A DNA stretch of 64,000 bases from Malacoraja senta (lineage: Eukaryota), in NCBI GenBank assembly GCA_038087875.1, contig CM075980.1, positions 12,400,001-12,464,000 of the forward strand, in the 5' to 3' direction. Below the pieces are notes generated by a model. The model made no database searches. It was given only the letters and a program-made list of their open reading frames with translations, and was not told where the DNA came from. Made by a program: the position numbers and the translations under genes. Shown piece by piece: positions 63,649 through 64,000 of this stretch (its first letter is position 1; each line of letters starts with the position of its first letter).

Positions 63649-64000
63649 CTGGAACACAATCAAATGCAAAGGTTTTCATTTTATATTTAAAAAAATCAGA
63701 GTGCAGTCATGCACAATGAAAGCTGCTCATCTAAGAAAGTAAATCAAAACTATTTCCTTCCTTTCTTTTTTCCGAATTGAAGTATAATACCACGGATGGC
63801 ACATGGAGGTAGTTCATACACTTTGCACATGTGGTCCTTCATTGTTAAACTCACAAAGTGTCAGCACGCTAACTATGGCGCGTCTCCAAGACATTACCAC
63901 ACCAATTTTCACAGGAATCCATAAAGATGCAGTTCCAAACAAGTCAACAACATATCACCATGCACAAAGAGTGTTTCCAACTATCTCAGAAACATTTATC

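Overview
Eukaryotic (vertebrate) genomic DNA, almost certainly from a cartilaginous fish and probably a skate or ray; this is inferred from the repeat landscape (Penelope-like elements with CTGAAGAAGGGTC..GACCCGAAAC tails, HE1/V-SINE-like SINEs, CR1 and Rex1 LINEs). Two spliced genes converge tail-to-tail. PISD (phosphatidylserine decarboxylase) has its last five coding exons on + (7929-15904). SFI1 (centrin-binding centriolar protein) has its last ten coding exons on - (63648-18106). Both chain in frame with GT-AG introns, and both 5' ends lie outside the window. The introns are full of transposon debris: a Helitron 3' end, an IR/DR-type Tc1 (DD34E) relic, two inverted ~1-kb non-autonomous DNA transposons with 7-bp TSDs, two solo LTRs, a rearranged Gypsy element with a tRNA-Trp primer-binding site, many Penelope-like 3' ends with minimal hammerhead-ribozyme cores, and a 33-bp minisatellite. 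There is no prokaryotic system, CRISPR array or rRNA/tRNA gene, and I cannot support a wholly new protein-coding system. The most unusual signals are four. (1) A Gypsy copy looks like a fossilised aberrant plus-strand transfer with serial template switches. (2) An inverted transposon pair brackets a symmetric 96-nt SFI1 exon (candidate circRNA, skipping or editing substrate). (3) A compact bidirectional poly(A) element lies between the convergent genes. (4) The Penelope-borne hammerhead motifs are decaying by CpG mutation. Homology calls rest on my recollection of the families, not on searches.
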